Of a stretch of DNA of 64,000 nt, positions 1-9,157 are shown in pieces; the first letter of the stretch is position 1; every line of letters begins with the position of its first letter. Source of the stretch: Thermodesulfobacteriota bacterium (lineage in GTDB: Bacteria > Desulfobacterota > Binatia > Bin18). Location of the stretch: positions 3,040,001 through 3,104,000 of the forward strand of contig OZ219926.1 in assembly GCA_964291405.2 (NCBI GenBank). Direction: 5' to 3'. Both the position numbers and the translations under genes were made by a program. The notes beneath the pieces were generated by a model that worked only from the letters and a program-made list of their open reading frames with translations, ran no database searches and was not told where the DNA came from.

Positions 1-683
1 ATACACGTCGTCCGGGTTGGCCCATGGCCGTGTTCCTGCAATGTGGCGCGGTAATGCTGGAGTCGGGAGACGACCTCGGGATGGGGTGCGCTCAACCACG
101 GGACGACAAACGCATTGTCTCCGACCTGACCGGCTCCCTCAAACGATTCACGACTGAGGGTGCCGCGATAGATCGGGGGGTGGGGCTGCTGGACCGGCTT
201 GGGGCCGACAGACAACGACGGCACCTGCCAGAATTCGCCCTGATATTCAAAGGGGTCCTCAGTCCAGGCCCGTCGGATAATCTCCAGGGACTCTTCGTAG
301 CGCGCGCGACTCTCGGCCTGATCAACACAAAATCCTTCAAAGTGCTTTGGAATAATCCCGCGTCCGGCCCCAAAGTTGAGCCGGCCGTTGCTCAGGATAT
401 CGAGCATGGCAAAGTCTTCGGCCTTCCTGAGCGGATTCTCAAACGGCAAGAGGCTGATCGCCGTGCCCAGCCGGATACGCGAGGTCTCGCGCGCCACGGC
501 GGTCAGAAACATTTGCGGACTGGGACAAATACCAAACGCGTAGAAGTGTTCCTCACCCAGCCAGATCGAGTCAAAGCCGAGCTCCTCGGCCAGGATGCAG
601 GTCTCAAGGGTATCTTGAAAATACTGCGCCTCGTCTTGCTTGTCGCGGAAAAAATCAAAAAGAGAAAACAGACCAAACTCCAT
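1..683 (-). CDS. LLM-class flavin-dependent oxidoreductase, 3' end cut by window edge
   Basis: Manual translation from ATG 683 (AAGGAG RBS upstream): MEFGLFSLFDFFRDKQDEAQYFQDTLETCILAEELGFDSIWLGEEHF...; close paralog of 731-1777; missing from the ORF track because it has no stop in the window. Confidence 0.9.
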   Translation of the reverse strand, partial: MEFGLFSLFDFFRDKQDEAQYFQDTLETCILAEELGFDSIWLGEEHFYAFGICPSPQMFLTAVARETSRIRLGTAISLLPFENPLRKAEDFAMLDILSNGRLNFGAGRGIIPKHFEGFCVDQAESRARYEESLEIIRRAWTEDPFEYQGEFWQVPSLSVGPKPVQQPHPPIYRGTLSRESFEGAGQVGDNAFVVPWLSAPHPEVVSRLQHYRATLQEHGHGPTRTTC

Positions 684-730
684 GAGAAACTCCTTATGCA
701 GGCAGGACGAGTTGATCTCGCCCCTACGGT

Positions 731-1777
731 CTAAAGAGATGAACGAAATTCCGGCATGACCTCATTGGCAAACAATTCCAACCCATAGCGCGCCCGCTTG
801 GGGTCGCGCGCCCCGGCGTGAAAATAAAAGGCAACCTGGTCCAGCGTGAACTCATCGTCCAACTCGTGCAGCCGGCGGCGGCATTCGGCCGGTGTGCCGA
901 CCACCGCGCGCTCCTCAATCTGCTCGGGCATGGCTCGGGCGAAGTCGATGAACTGTCTGACCGGATCGGCGGTGTTCATCTTGGTCAGCAGTTCCGCGGG
1001 AATCATATTCGTGAACAGGTTGGTGTAGGCACGGGTGACGTCCTGTCCCTCGCGTAGCGCCACATTATGGTCCGGGTCCACGAACAGAAAGAAGATGCAG
1101 GTGGTCCGCTTCTGGCCATGCCCGTTTTCTTCGAGCAGGGTACGATACCGCTGGACTCGCTTCCGCACTGAGGGGTGGGGACCGGTGAGCCAGGGCACGA
1201 TGAAGGCATTATCGCCGATGATCCCCGCGCCTTCAAATGACTCCCTGCTGATCGTCCCACGATAGATGGGCGGGTGGGGCCGCTGTACGGGTTTGGGTCC
1301 AAGCGATAACGACGGCACCTGCCAGAATTCGCCCTGATACGCAAAGGGGTCCTCGGTCCAGGCACGACGGATGATTTCCAGGGACTCTTCATAGCGCGCG
1401 CGGCTCTCGCGCAGCGGGACCCGAAAGCCCTCGAAGTGTTTGGCAATAATGCCGCGCCCGACCCCGAAGTCGAGTCGTCCGTTGCTCAGGATATCGAGCA
1501 TGGCAAAGTCCTCGGCCTTCCGCAGCGGATTCTCAAACGGCAGCAGACTGATCGCCGTGCCCAGTCGAATCTGCGAAGTCTCACGGGCGACCGCGGTCAG
1601 GAATATCTGCGGACTCGGGCAAATCCCAAAGGAGTAGAAATGCTCTTCGCCGAACCAGACTGAGTCAAAGCCCAACTCTTCGGCCAGAATGCTCAGTTCC
1701 AGCGTATCCTGAAAATACCGGACCTCATCCTGGCGGTCACGGAAAAAGTCGAATAACGAAAATAAGCCGAACTCCAC
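731..1777 (-). CDS. LLM-class flavin-dependent oxidoreductase
   Basis: GTG start at 1777 after GGAGG; motifs AEELGFDSVWFGEEH, IRLGTAISLLP, GRLDFGVGRG, PKPVQRPHPP. Confidence 0.93.
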   Translation of the reverse strand: MEFGLFSLFDFFRDRQDEVRYFQDTLELSILAEELGFDSVWFGEEHFYSFGICPSPQIFLTAVARETSQIRLGTAISLLPFENPLRKAEDFAMLDILSNGRLDFGVGRGIIAKHFEGFRVPLRESRARYEESLEIIRRAWTEDPFAYQGEFWQVPSLSLGPKPVQRPHPPIYRGTISRESFEGAGIIGDNAFIVPWLTGPHPSVRKRVQRYRTLLEENGHGQKRTTCIFFLFVDPDHNVALREGQDVTRAYTNLFTNMIPAELLTKMNTADPVRQFIDFARAMPEQIEERAVVGTPAECRRRLHELDDEFTLDQVAFYFHAGARDPKRARYGLELFANEVMPEFRSSL

Positions 1778-1937
1778 GAATCCCCCCTCCTTGAATCGCC
1801 TGTGTGAAGTACATGACCTGCCCACAAGCCGCGCCCCGCGTGACGCTGTACGTCCCAGCAATATACGCGGTCGCCTCATCTGCCAAGAGCAAGAGAAGTG
1901 CAAAGTTTTCCGGTGGAAAAGGAATGGGGAGCGGGAT

Positions 1938-2681
1938 ATGCTTCCCACAATGCGTCGCCAACTCAAATGGAAGCTGGTTGTGACGGGCATCCTGGTGTGG
2001 ATGCTCTCTATGTCTCTTGCGTATGGGGCGGAACTCGATACGCTGACCGACAGGATTGTCGGCGGCACCTCGCTGCTGCACGCTCACCGGCCCAGCTTTA
2101 GTACCCGGACGCTGCACGAGGCGGCGCTCCGCCTTCAACAGTCGATCTACTCTCGAACAGGCACGTCGCGCAGACAGTATGCCGAGCTGACCGCTGCGTT
2201 TAGAAATGTCCGCGCGTCTCACGGATTTGCCCTGGACCGTGAGGTGGAGTTCATTCTGACCCACCTCCAACAAGATATTCGTGCGCTGGACGGAAGACTC
2301 GTGTCCACGTTTGAGCCCTCTCCGCCTTCCTCTCAGGTGTACTCCTATGGCTTCATTCGGGAGGAGACGTGTCTCGGCGGAAACGCGGACGGTAAGCGCC
2401 CCTGTCCCAACCAGACCAACGTGCTGACGTTCCGACTGCCGCGCGGCGCGGCGCGGATCACCAATTTGGTCGGAGAGTGGCGGGACTACGGACTCAAGGG
2501 AAAGCTGCTGGTCCATATCGACGGCGTCCGGGTGTGGCGGACTGACGTGAAGAAGAAATGGGACCGGGACAGAAAGCTCCTTGATCATCCCGTTCCGTCC
2601 GGGGCAACCGTCAGCCTGCGCAGCGAGAACGGCGACCCGATCTGGATTCGTCGGTTCGAGGTCAAGTACGCCCGGCACTGA
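1938..2681 (+). CDS. hypothetical secreted protein
   Basis: Basic then hydrophobic N-terminus ending AYG|A (signal peptide-like); fills the gap between LLM and GST; no family recognised. Confidence 0.7.
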   Translation: MLPTMRRQLKWKLVVTGILVWMLSMSLAYGAELDTLTDRIVGGTSLLHAHRPSFSTRTLHEAALRLQQSIYSRTGTSRRQYAELTAAFRNVRASHGFALDREVEFILTHLQQDIRALDGRLVSTFEPSPPSSQVYSYGFIREETCLGGNADGKRPCPNQTNVLTFRLPRGAARITNLVGEWRDYGLKGKLLVHIDGVRVWRTDVKKKWDRDRKLLDHPVPSGATVSLRSENGDPIWIRRFEVKYARH

Positions 2682-2699
2682 ACCGCCCGCGCCTCGGAG

Positions 2700-2728
2700 T
2701 TGACTTCACCGACAGAGTCCAGGATAGT
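2700..2728 (+). promoter_or_regulatory. putative sigma70 promoter of the GST gene
   Basis: TTGACT-N17-GATAGT about 40 bp upstream of the GST start. Confidence 0.4.
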
Positions 2729-2766
2729 CTGGGGGCTCAAAAAATTCTCCACAGGAGGTGTTCGGT

Positions 2767-3411
2767 ATGAAGATGTATAGCTATCAGCTCAGTAATTTTG
2801 CCGGAAAGTGCCGGGTCGCGGCCTATGAAAAGGGGCTTAACATCGAGTTCCTCGATCCGCGCGAAAACCCTGGACAAAAAGAATACAGAAAAATCAATCC
2901 CACCGGCAAAGTCCCGGCCCTGGAAACCGACGACGGACAGCTCATTGCCGAGTCGGAAGTCATTAACGAGTATCTGGAAGACAAATTCCCGGAGACGCCG
3001 CTGCTGCCGAGCGATGCGGAAGGTAAAGCCGCGGTCCGTTCCATTACCCGCTATCACGATCTGTATATCGATCCACCGATGCGCGCGTGTTTCCCAAAGT
3101 TGTTCGGCCAGGACCTGGACGACCAGTTCATTGCCGACAAGATCGCCGAAGTGAATAATAATCTCGATCAGCTTGAAGCGTCGGTTTCCGACGGGCCGTG
3201 GCTGACCGGCGATAACTTTACCCTGGCAGATGCGGCCATCGCGCCGACCCTGTTCCTCATGGATAATCTGCTGCCGAACTTCGGCTCAAAGAAGCCGTTT
3301 GAGGGCCGGCCTAAACTGTCCGCCTGGTGGCAGCGCATCCAGGAGCGAGAGTCAACCAAGAAGGTACTGGGCGAACAAGGGGCTGCCCTGGCAGCCATGA
3401 TGAAGGGCTAA
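2767..3411 (+). CDS. glutathione S-transferase family protein
   Basis: INPTGKVPAL, ESEVINEYLE, GDNFTLADAA motifs; GGAGG RBS before ATG 2767. Confidence 0.93.
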   Translation: MKMYSYQLSNFAGKCRVAAYEKGLNIEFLDPRENPGQKEYRKINPTGKVPALETDDGQLIAESEVINEYLEDKFPETPLLPSDAEGKAAVRSITRYHDLYIDPPMRACFPKLFGQDLDDQFIADKIAEVNNNLDQLEASVSDGPWLTGDNFTLADAAIAPTLFLMDNLLPNFGSKKPFEGRPKLSAWWQRIQERESTKKVLGEQGAALAAMMKG

Positions 3412-3430
3412 ATCACAATCGTAACAAAAG

Positions 3431-3464
3431 GAAAGAAGGGCGGTTCTTTGACCGCCCTTCTTTC
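3431..3464. terminator. probable bidirectional intrinsic terminator
   Basis: 14-bp inverted repeat GAAAGAAGGGCGGT/ACCGCCCTTCTTTC between convergent genes. Confidence 0.8.
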
Positions 3465-3490
3465 TTGTGGAAAGTGGGCAGGGAAATGGG

Positions 3491-3850
3491 CTATCCGTCC
3501 GTACACTTGGGGTCGCACTGGGCTGCTTGCCGGGCTGCGTCTTTCTCGCACGACTCGCTTGTCGCATAGGTGTTTTTCTGGTCCAGACACTCCAGGATGC
3601 TGTTGATCTGAACCGTCAGGCAGTTCCTGAGACACTCCGGGGCGTTTTCCCCGCCCGCAGCTTCCAGTTGGTCGTTGACATAGGTATTGAGCGCTCCAAA
3701 CCGGGCCAGGATATTTGTCGCCCCCGTTTCCGCCGGTTTTGAGGGGGTGTAACCCTCTGGATAGTCGTCCGCGGCTCTGACAGGGGCGGCGGCGATAAGG
3801 GCGCCGAAACAGAGCCCACACAGCGTCAGGAGTGTCTTCTTTACTGGCAT
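3491..3850 (-). CDS. small secreted six-cysteine protein (paralog 1)
   Basis: MPVKKTLLTLCGLCFGALIAAAPVRA signal peptide; mature part has Cx3Cx10Cx12Cx10Cx3C; paralogous to 3879-4250. Confidence 0.8.
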   Translation of the reverse strand: MPVKKTLLTLCGLCFGALIAAAPVRAADDYPEGYTPSKPAETGATNILARFGALNTYVNDQLEAAGGENAPECLRNCLTVQINSILECLDQKNTYATSESCEKDAARQAAQCDPKCTDG

Positions 3851-3878
3851 ACTTCTCTTCCTTTCTTTCCCCGTTCGA

Positions 3879-4250
3879 TTATGAACCTGAACCGCTACAC
3901 TGCGGGTCGCAGGTCGCCATTTTTTGAGCCGCGTCCTTCTCACACGATTCACTGCCCTCATAAGTATCGTTCGCCTCGGCACAGGCGATGGATTCATTGA
4001 GGGGGATGGTCAGACACGCCCGATAGCATTCCGGCGACTGTTCCCCGCCGGCCGCCTCAAGCTTGTCGGTCATATACGCCGCGACCGCGAAGACGCGGGC
4101 CAGGCTTTTCCGTCCGCCGCCCTCTGCCGGAGTTGAGGGCGTATAGTCCGCGGGGTAGCCGTCCTCGGCAAAGCTTGAAGACAGGCCGATGAAAGCCAGA
4201 CTCAGGACGATCCCGCTCACCCCTACCATTCGGGAGAATATGTGACCCAT
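3879..4250 (-). CDS. small secreted six-cysteine protein (paralog 2)
   Basis: ATG 4250 after AGGAG; signal peptide ending SFA; shares YTPS.PAE.G, LEAAGGE..PEC, SESCEKDAA, CDP.C with paralog 1. Confidence 0.8.
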   Translation of the reverse strand: MGHIFSRMVGVSGIVLSLAFIGLSSSFAEDGYPADYTPSTPAEGGGRKSLARVFAVAAYMTDKLEAAGGEQSPECYRACLTIPLNESIACAEANDTYEGSESCEKDAAQKMATCDPQCSGSGS

Positions 4251-4338
4251 AGCCTCTCCTGCACATTGAAAGAACGAGTGTTTCATACCTTCCTCGCTAC
4301 GGTTGCGCAACTCCAAAGAGCCGACTAAGGACAAAGGC

Positions 4339-4737
4339 ATGGCTCGCGGGTGGGCGGTGAAGAGACGCAGGCGTTCTACCCTGGCTGCCTGGATGAACTG
4401 GCTGTGCCAGCTTGCCACCGTTCTTGTGGCCTTTTGGTGGCCGGCCCTGCTCTCCGACCCCATCTATACCTCCCGACAGGTCCGTCTGGCCGGTCAGCAC
4501 GTTGCCTTGCCGGGGGGTGCTGTTCCGCAGACCGCAGAAGAGCGGGCAATGGCCATCTTCTGGATGTGGAAGCACCGTACGTTGGCACAGGACCCCTGGC
4601 TCTTCGGGCCGTGCCGCGGGCTGCGGGATGTCAATGGCCGTACGCAGACCCTGCTGGTGATTGCGGGTATCTGGCTCGTACGAGCGGGGATCTTTGTCCG
4701 GCAGCGCTCCACTGCCAAGCGCACTCAATACCTCTGA
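4339..4737 (+). CDS. hypothetical membrane protein
   Basis: ORF with two Trp-rich hydrophobic segments filling the gap before the molybdoenzyme; start uncertain. Confidence 0.4.
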   Translation: MARGWAVKRRRRSTLAAWMNWLCQLATVLVAFWWPALLSDPIYTSRQVRLAGQHVALPGGAVPQTAEERAMAIFWMWKHRTLAQDPWLFGPCRGLRDVNGRTQTLLVIAGIWLVRAGIFVRQRSTAKRTQYL

Positions 4738-4805
4738 GACCGCCGTTTCTTTCCTGGATTTCTGGGTGGCGCCGTGGTAGAGGCTAAACAAAGGGGGAGG
4801 GTCTT

Positions 4806-6854
4806 ATGTCTCATACTGTCCAGGTTGTATGCCCGCACGATTGTCCGGATTCCTGTCTCATGGATGTGACGGTTGAGCACGATCGAGCGGTTAGTATCAA
4901 GGCGAGCAAAGAACATCCGTTTACGCGGGGGGCCTTGTGCGCAAAGGTCAACAAATTTCTGGATCGGGTGTACGCGCCGGACCGCTTGCTGTATCCGGTC
5001 AAGCGCGTCGGCCCGAAAGGACCCGGAGCGCAGTTCGTCCGGATTTCGTGGGATGAAGCTGTCTCGACCATTGTGGAGAAGATGCAGGCCACGATGGCAA
5101 CGCACGGACCGCAGTCCATTCTGCCGTATTCATACCGGGGCAATAACGGGGCGTACCAGAGCAACGGGATCGACCGCCGCTTCTTTCATGCGCTGGGCGC
5201 CTCCACCCTGGCCCGCACGATTTGCGCTGGCGGGCTGCTTGGCGCAATGGATTACTCCGATGTGTTCTTTGGTTTTGCTCCAGAGGGACTGGTTGAGAGT
5301 AAACTCATCATCTTCTGGGCCGCTAATCCACTGAACACGGGCTTCCATGTCTGGCCATTCGTCCGCCAGGCACAGCGGCGAGGGGCGCGGCTGATTACCA
5401 TTGATCCGTATCGTTCGCGAACCGCCCGGGCGTGCGATGAGCATATTGCCATCCGGCCAGGAACCGACGCCGCCTTGGCCTTGGCCATGATGAAGGTCAT
5501 TGAAGAAGAAGGGTTGGCCGATCTTGACTATATAGAGCAGCATACCATCGGTGCCGAGCCATTTTTCAGACGCCTGCGCTCCCTCTCGCTCCCGGACTTG
5601 GCGCAGACGTGCGACGTTCCGGTGACGACGATTCAGGACCTGGCGCGCACCTATGCGACGACCCGGCCTGCGGCGATCCGAACCGGCGTCGGCATCCAGC
5701 GCAGCGGTGGCGGGGCAGCGGCCGTCCGGGCCGTGGCTTGTCTGCCCGCGCTAACCGGTGCCTGGCGTGAGGTTGGCGGGGGCTTGTGCAACTTCGGTGG
5801 AGCCATGTTTACCGCCCAGAATATGAAACAGGCCATGCGCTTTGATCTCTCGCCGGAGGGTACGCGTGAGATCAATATGATGCGGCTGGCCGAGCATCTG
5901 CTCGATCCCAGTTTTGATCCGCCCATTAACGTGCTGTATGTCTACAATTGCAATCTGGCTGCCTCGCTGCCTGATCAGGCCGGACTCAGGAGTGCGCTGC
6001 AACGTGCAGACCTGTTTACCGTCGTCCACGACCTCTTCCTGACGGATAGTGCGGACTATGCGGATATCGTCTTGCCGGCGACTTCTCCACTTGAGCAGGA
6101 TGATATGATTCTGGCCTACGGCGGTGATTTTGGCAGCTTCAGCCGTAAGGCGCTTGAACCGCTGGGCGAAGCAAAATCGAATGCCGACGTGTTTCAGTTG
6201 TTGGCAACCGGGCTGGGTATCACTGAGCCAGCGGTGCATGCCTCGGCGGAGGAATTTACCGGCGAAGCCCTCAAGGCCGGGCTGTCTGCCGACGAATTCC
6301 TGTCTCGTCCTTTTATGCAGACCCGCCCTGAGCCGAACCTGCTGCCCCGAGCGCAGGGCGGCTTCCTGACCCCTTCGGGAAAGTTCGAGTTCTGGTGCGA
6401 AAAAATGGAGCGGGACGGTCTTGACCCGCTACCGGCCTTTGTCCCTCCCCATGAGACCCTGGGCGAGGGGCCGTTTCCGTTGAATTTCCTTCCGCGCAAG
6501 CATAAGGATTCGCTGAATTCCTCCTATGGCCATCTGCCGGTGATGCGCCGTCAGGAATCCATGGCCCGGACCTTGGAAATCCACCCGCACGATGCGGCCG
6601 CCCGCGGATTGGACACGGGTGATGAGGTGCGGGTGTTCAACGACCGTGGGGCGTTCGTTCTGCCAGTTGTCATATCCGAGCGGGTTCAGACCGGCACGGT
6701 CGCAACCTTCTGGGGCTGGTGGGACAAACTGTCCGGGGGGAAGGGCAACGTCAATAATGTGACTTCGACTCAACTGACGGACGTGGGCGGCGGCGGTACC
6801 TTTTATGACTGCCGCGTTGAGGTCGAACGCTGGGATGGGCAGGTGCTCTCATAA
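4806..6854 (+). CDS. molybdopterin-dependent oxidoreductase (DMSO reductase superfamily, cytoplasmic)
   Basis: N-terminal CPHDCPDSC...GALCAKV Fe-S motif, [12 protein letters not shown]-terminal [11 protein letters not shown] molybdopterin-binding domain; no Tat signal. Confidence 0.93.
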   Translation: MSHTVQVVCPHDCPDSCLMDVTVEHDRAVSIKASKEHPFTRGALCAKVNKFLDRVYAPDRLLYPVKRVGPKGPGAQFVRISWDEAVSTIVEKMQATMATHGPQSILPYSYRGNNGAYQSNGIDRRFFHALGASTLARTICAGGLLGAMDYSDVFFGFAPEGLVESKLIIFWAANPLNTGFHVWPFVRQAQRRGARLITIDPYRSRTARACDEHIAIRPGTDAALALAMMKVIEEEGLADLDYIEQHTIGAEPFFRRLRSLSLPDLAQTCDVPVTTIQDLARTYATTRPAAIRTGVGIQRSGGGAAAVRAVACLPALTGAWREVGGGLCNFGGAMFTAQNMKQAMRFDLSPEGTREINMMRLAEHLLDPSFDPPINVLYVYNCNLAASLPDQAGLRSALQRADLFTVVHDLFLTDSADYADIVLPATSPLEQDDMILAYGGDFGSFSRKALEPLGEAKSNADVFQLLATGLGITEPAVHASAEEFTGEALKAGLSADEFLSRPFMQTRPEPNLLPRAQGGFLTPSGKFEFWCEKMERDGLDPLPAFVPPHETLGEGPFPLNFLPRKHKDSLNSSYGHLPVMRRQESMARTLEIHPHDAAARGLDTGDEVRVFNDRGAFVLPVVISERVQTGTVATFWGWWDKLSGGKGNVNNVTSTQLTDVGGGGTFYDCRVEVERWDGQVLS

Positions 6855-6876
6855 GACAGTTCAAGAGGAATCACAC

Positions 6877-7296
6877 ATGCCACGAATGGAGCCCGTCGAT
6901 AATCTTCCGACCGCCGTCATCCGGGTCCGCATGAGCGCGCATGATGCCCACTATGGAGGCAATCTGGTTGACGGCGCGAAAATGTTGCAACTCTTCGGAG
7001 ATGTGGGAACAGAGTTGAATATCCGTTTGGACGGGGATGAAGGGCTGTTTCGCGCCTATGACAATGTGGAGTTTCTCGCCCCTGTCTATGCCGGAGATTT
7101 TATTGAGGCGCAGGGGCGTATCACTAGGGTCGGACGCACCTCCCGCACCCTCGAATTTGAAGCCTGGAAAGTCATTGCCCCGCGGCCGGACCTCTCGGAT
7201 TCGGCCGCAGAGGTGCTGGAAGAGCCTGTTTTGGTCTGCAAGGCGAGTGGAACGGGAGTCACACTGCTCGAAAGACAGCGGCGGAAGGGTGGCTAG
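6877..7296 (+). CDS. kal: hotdog-fold 3-aminobutyryl-CoA/beta-alanyl-CoA ammonia-lyase-like protein
   Basis: [52 protein letters not shown] matches the Kal family as I know it. Confidence 0.8.
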   Translation: MPRMEPVDNLPTAVIRVRMSAHDAHYGGNLVDGAKMLQLFGDVGTELNIRLDGDEGLFRAYDNVEFLAPVYAGDFIEAQGRITRVGRTSRTLEFEAWKVIAPRPDLSDSAAEVLEEPVLVCKASGTGVTLLERQRRKGG

Positions 7297-7420
7297 AGCG
7301 TTTCACGGTAGGCTCCAGCCATGCAGTTACGCGCTCGTCATGCTGGAGTGATCCAGCATCTAGCGGCCGAGTCGCCCGGACCGGACTACTATGGTGGAAC
7401 AGTGAGAAAAAAGAGTCACC

Positions 7421-8449
7421 ATGAAATTTATTTTTTGGTTTCTCGTTTATATCGTGGTCTGCGCGGCTCCATACTCCGTTGCGGCGGAAGACGTTGATAT
7501 TGCGGACTGCTTCAAGACTGATCTGGCACCCGCAACCCGGTTCGTTGCCTGCCGCGTGGCCGCTGAAGCCGGACACGCGGATGCGCAGTACAGTCTCGGC
7601 TATATGTACAGCACGGGGGAGGGCGTCCCGCAGGACTATGCGGAGGCAGCGGTGTGGTATCGTCAGGCCGCCGAGCAGGGGGACGCGAGTGCGCAGGTCA
7701 ATCTCGGCTACATGTATGATATGGGCCAAGGCGTCCCGCAGGATTATGCGGAGGCGGCGGTGTGGTATCGTCAGGCCGCCGAGCAGGGAGACGCTCAGGC
7801 TCAGTCTAACCTCGGCGTCATGTACCACATGGGCCAAGGCGTGGCGCAGGACTATGCGGAGGCGGCGGTGTGGTATCGGCGGGCCGCCGAGCAGGGAGAC
7901 GCTCAGGCTCAGTCTAACCTCGGCGTCATGTACCACATGGGCCAAGGCGTGGCGCAGGACTATGCGGAGGCGGCGGTGTGGTATCGTCAGGCTGCCGAGC
8001 AAGGGGACGCTCAGGCCCAGTTCAACCTCGGCGTCATGTACTACAGGGATGAGGGCGTGGCGCAGGACTATGCGGAGGCGGCGGTATGGTATCGGCGGGC
8101 TGCTGAATCCGGAAACGCGAATGCCCAGTTCAATCTTGGCTACATGTACAATTCGGGGGAGGGCGTCTCGCAGGACTATGCGGAGGCGGCGGTGTGGTAT
8201 CGGCGGGCCGCCCAGCAGGGACACGTGAGGGCGCAATCTAGTCTCGGCGGCATGTACTACAAGGGTGAGGGCGTCCCGCAGGATTATATCCTGGCCTATA
8301 TGTGGTTCAATCTCGCTGGTGCAAACGGCCCCAAAAAGTTGCTTGAGGTTCGCGACCTGGTTGCTCAGGAGATGTCCCCGGCCCAGGTCGCCGAAGCCCA
8401 GCACTTGTCCCAGCAGTGGACGGCAACGCATCGGACCGGGGCGGAGTAG
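7421..8449 (+). CDS. secreted Sel1-like repeat protein
   Basis: Signal peptide; seven 36-aa repeats AEQGDAxAQxNLGxMYxxGxGVxQDYAEAAVWYRxA; C-terminal cap. Confidence 0.95.
   Translation: MKFIFWFLVYIVVCAAPYSVAAEDVDIADCFKTDLAPATRFVACRVAAEAGHADAQYSLGYMYSTGEGVPQDYAEAAVWYRQAAEQGDASAQVNLGYMYDMGQGVPQDYAEAAVWYRQAAEQGDAQAQSNLGVMYHMGQGVAQDYAEAAVWYRRAAEQGDAQAQSNLGVMYHMGQGVAQDYAEAAVWYRQAAEQGDAQAQFNLGVMYYRDEGVAQDYAEAAVWYRRAAESGNANAQFNLGYMYNSGEGVSQDYAEAAVWYRRAAQQGHVRAQSSLGGMYYKGEGVPQDYILAYMWFNLAGANGPKKLLEVRDLVAQEMSPAQVAEAQHLSQQWTATHRTGAE
7562..8317 (+). repeat. seven tandem 108-bp coding repeats (Sel1)
   Basis: CAGGACTATGCGGAGGCGGCGGTGTGGTATCG-like block recurs every 108 bp; units 3 and 4 nearly identical. 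Confidence 0.92.
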
Positions 8450-8539
8450 TACGGAACGGGCCGCTGACTGGATAGCCGCTCCGTGTACAAAGCGGAGCCG
8501 ATCGAGCAGGCCGGTCCACGCTCCAGCTTCTACCCCCGT

Positions 8540-9070
8540 CTATGTCCGCTTCGCCTGGGCGAGGAGCAAATCGCTATATGACTCGGCAACAAGATCGTGC
8601 GGCTGGATTCCCAGTCCATGCTGAAATGACTGGCACTGGGCGAGGAGCTGCTCTTGGCTGAGAGTGCCTTCGTTATCAATAGCTTCGATTTCAACAAAAT
8701 GCCCGAGTCCTTCGACGCGATCAATATGAAATTTGACGTTATCGATGAACGCAATCTCCCGTTGCTTTTTGACCACAACAAGCACGCCCAGAGCCTGGGT
8801 GAGTTGGGCTTTGAGTGTCGAATCCGACTGTGTCTTTGTTAAGAGGACATTCGATTGTTTGGCCGACTCCTGATCCGCGCGCTCGTAGTAGATGAGGGCG
8901 TTTTCAATCCGGCCCTCCCGGAGCTTGAGCCGTCCGCGCGGAACCCGAAAATAGGTGTCTGTCTGGTAGTCGATGCCTCTTACGTCTGCGCCGTGCGAGC
9001 GCAGATAGTCCCGGACGCGCCGGGCCTGCGTGCAGCGTGCCTTGATTTCGATAATGGTAATAGGGGACAT
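8540..9070 (-). CDS. CYTH domain protein (class IV adenylate cyclase-like)
   Basis: IEIKAR, QTDTYF, GRLKLRE, VKKQRE, FHIDRVEGLGHFVEIE, SYSDLL. Confidence 0.92.
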   Translation of the reverse strand: MSPITIIEIKARCTQARRVRDYLRSHGADVRGIDYQTDTYFRVPRGRLKLREGRIENALIYYERADQESAKQSNVLLTKTQSDSTLKAQLTQALGVLVVVKKQREIAFIDNVKFHIDRVEGLGHFVEIEAIDNEGTLSQEQLLAQCQSFQHGLGIQPHDLVAESYSDLLLAQAKRT

Positions 9071-9083
9071 ACAAACGACGAAA

Positions 9084-9119
9084 CAAAAGAGGGGCGACCT
9101 GCTGGCCACCCCTCTTTTG
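9084..9119 (-). terminator. intrinsic terminator-like hairpin after the amidohydrolase
   Basis: CAAAAGAGGGG...CCCCTCTTTTG inverted repeat. Confidence 0.65.
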
Positions 9120-9157
9120 CAAACTTCGTAGACAGGGCAGGCTCTGTAGAGAGCGCA

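Noticed and set aside
24-734. 236-aa plus-strand ORF
   Set aside because: Antisense to the truncated LLM gene at 1-683
7562-8317. Possible CRISPR array
   Set aside because: Period of 108 bp is in frame within a CDS and the intervening sequences are homologous, not unique spacers
7259-8431. Repetitive 390-aa minus ORF and 249-aa alternate-frame ORF
   Set aside because: Shadows of the Sel1 repeat gene
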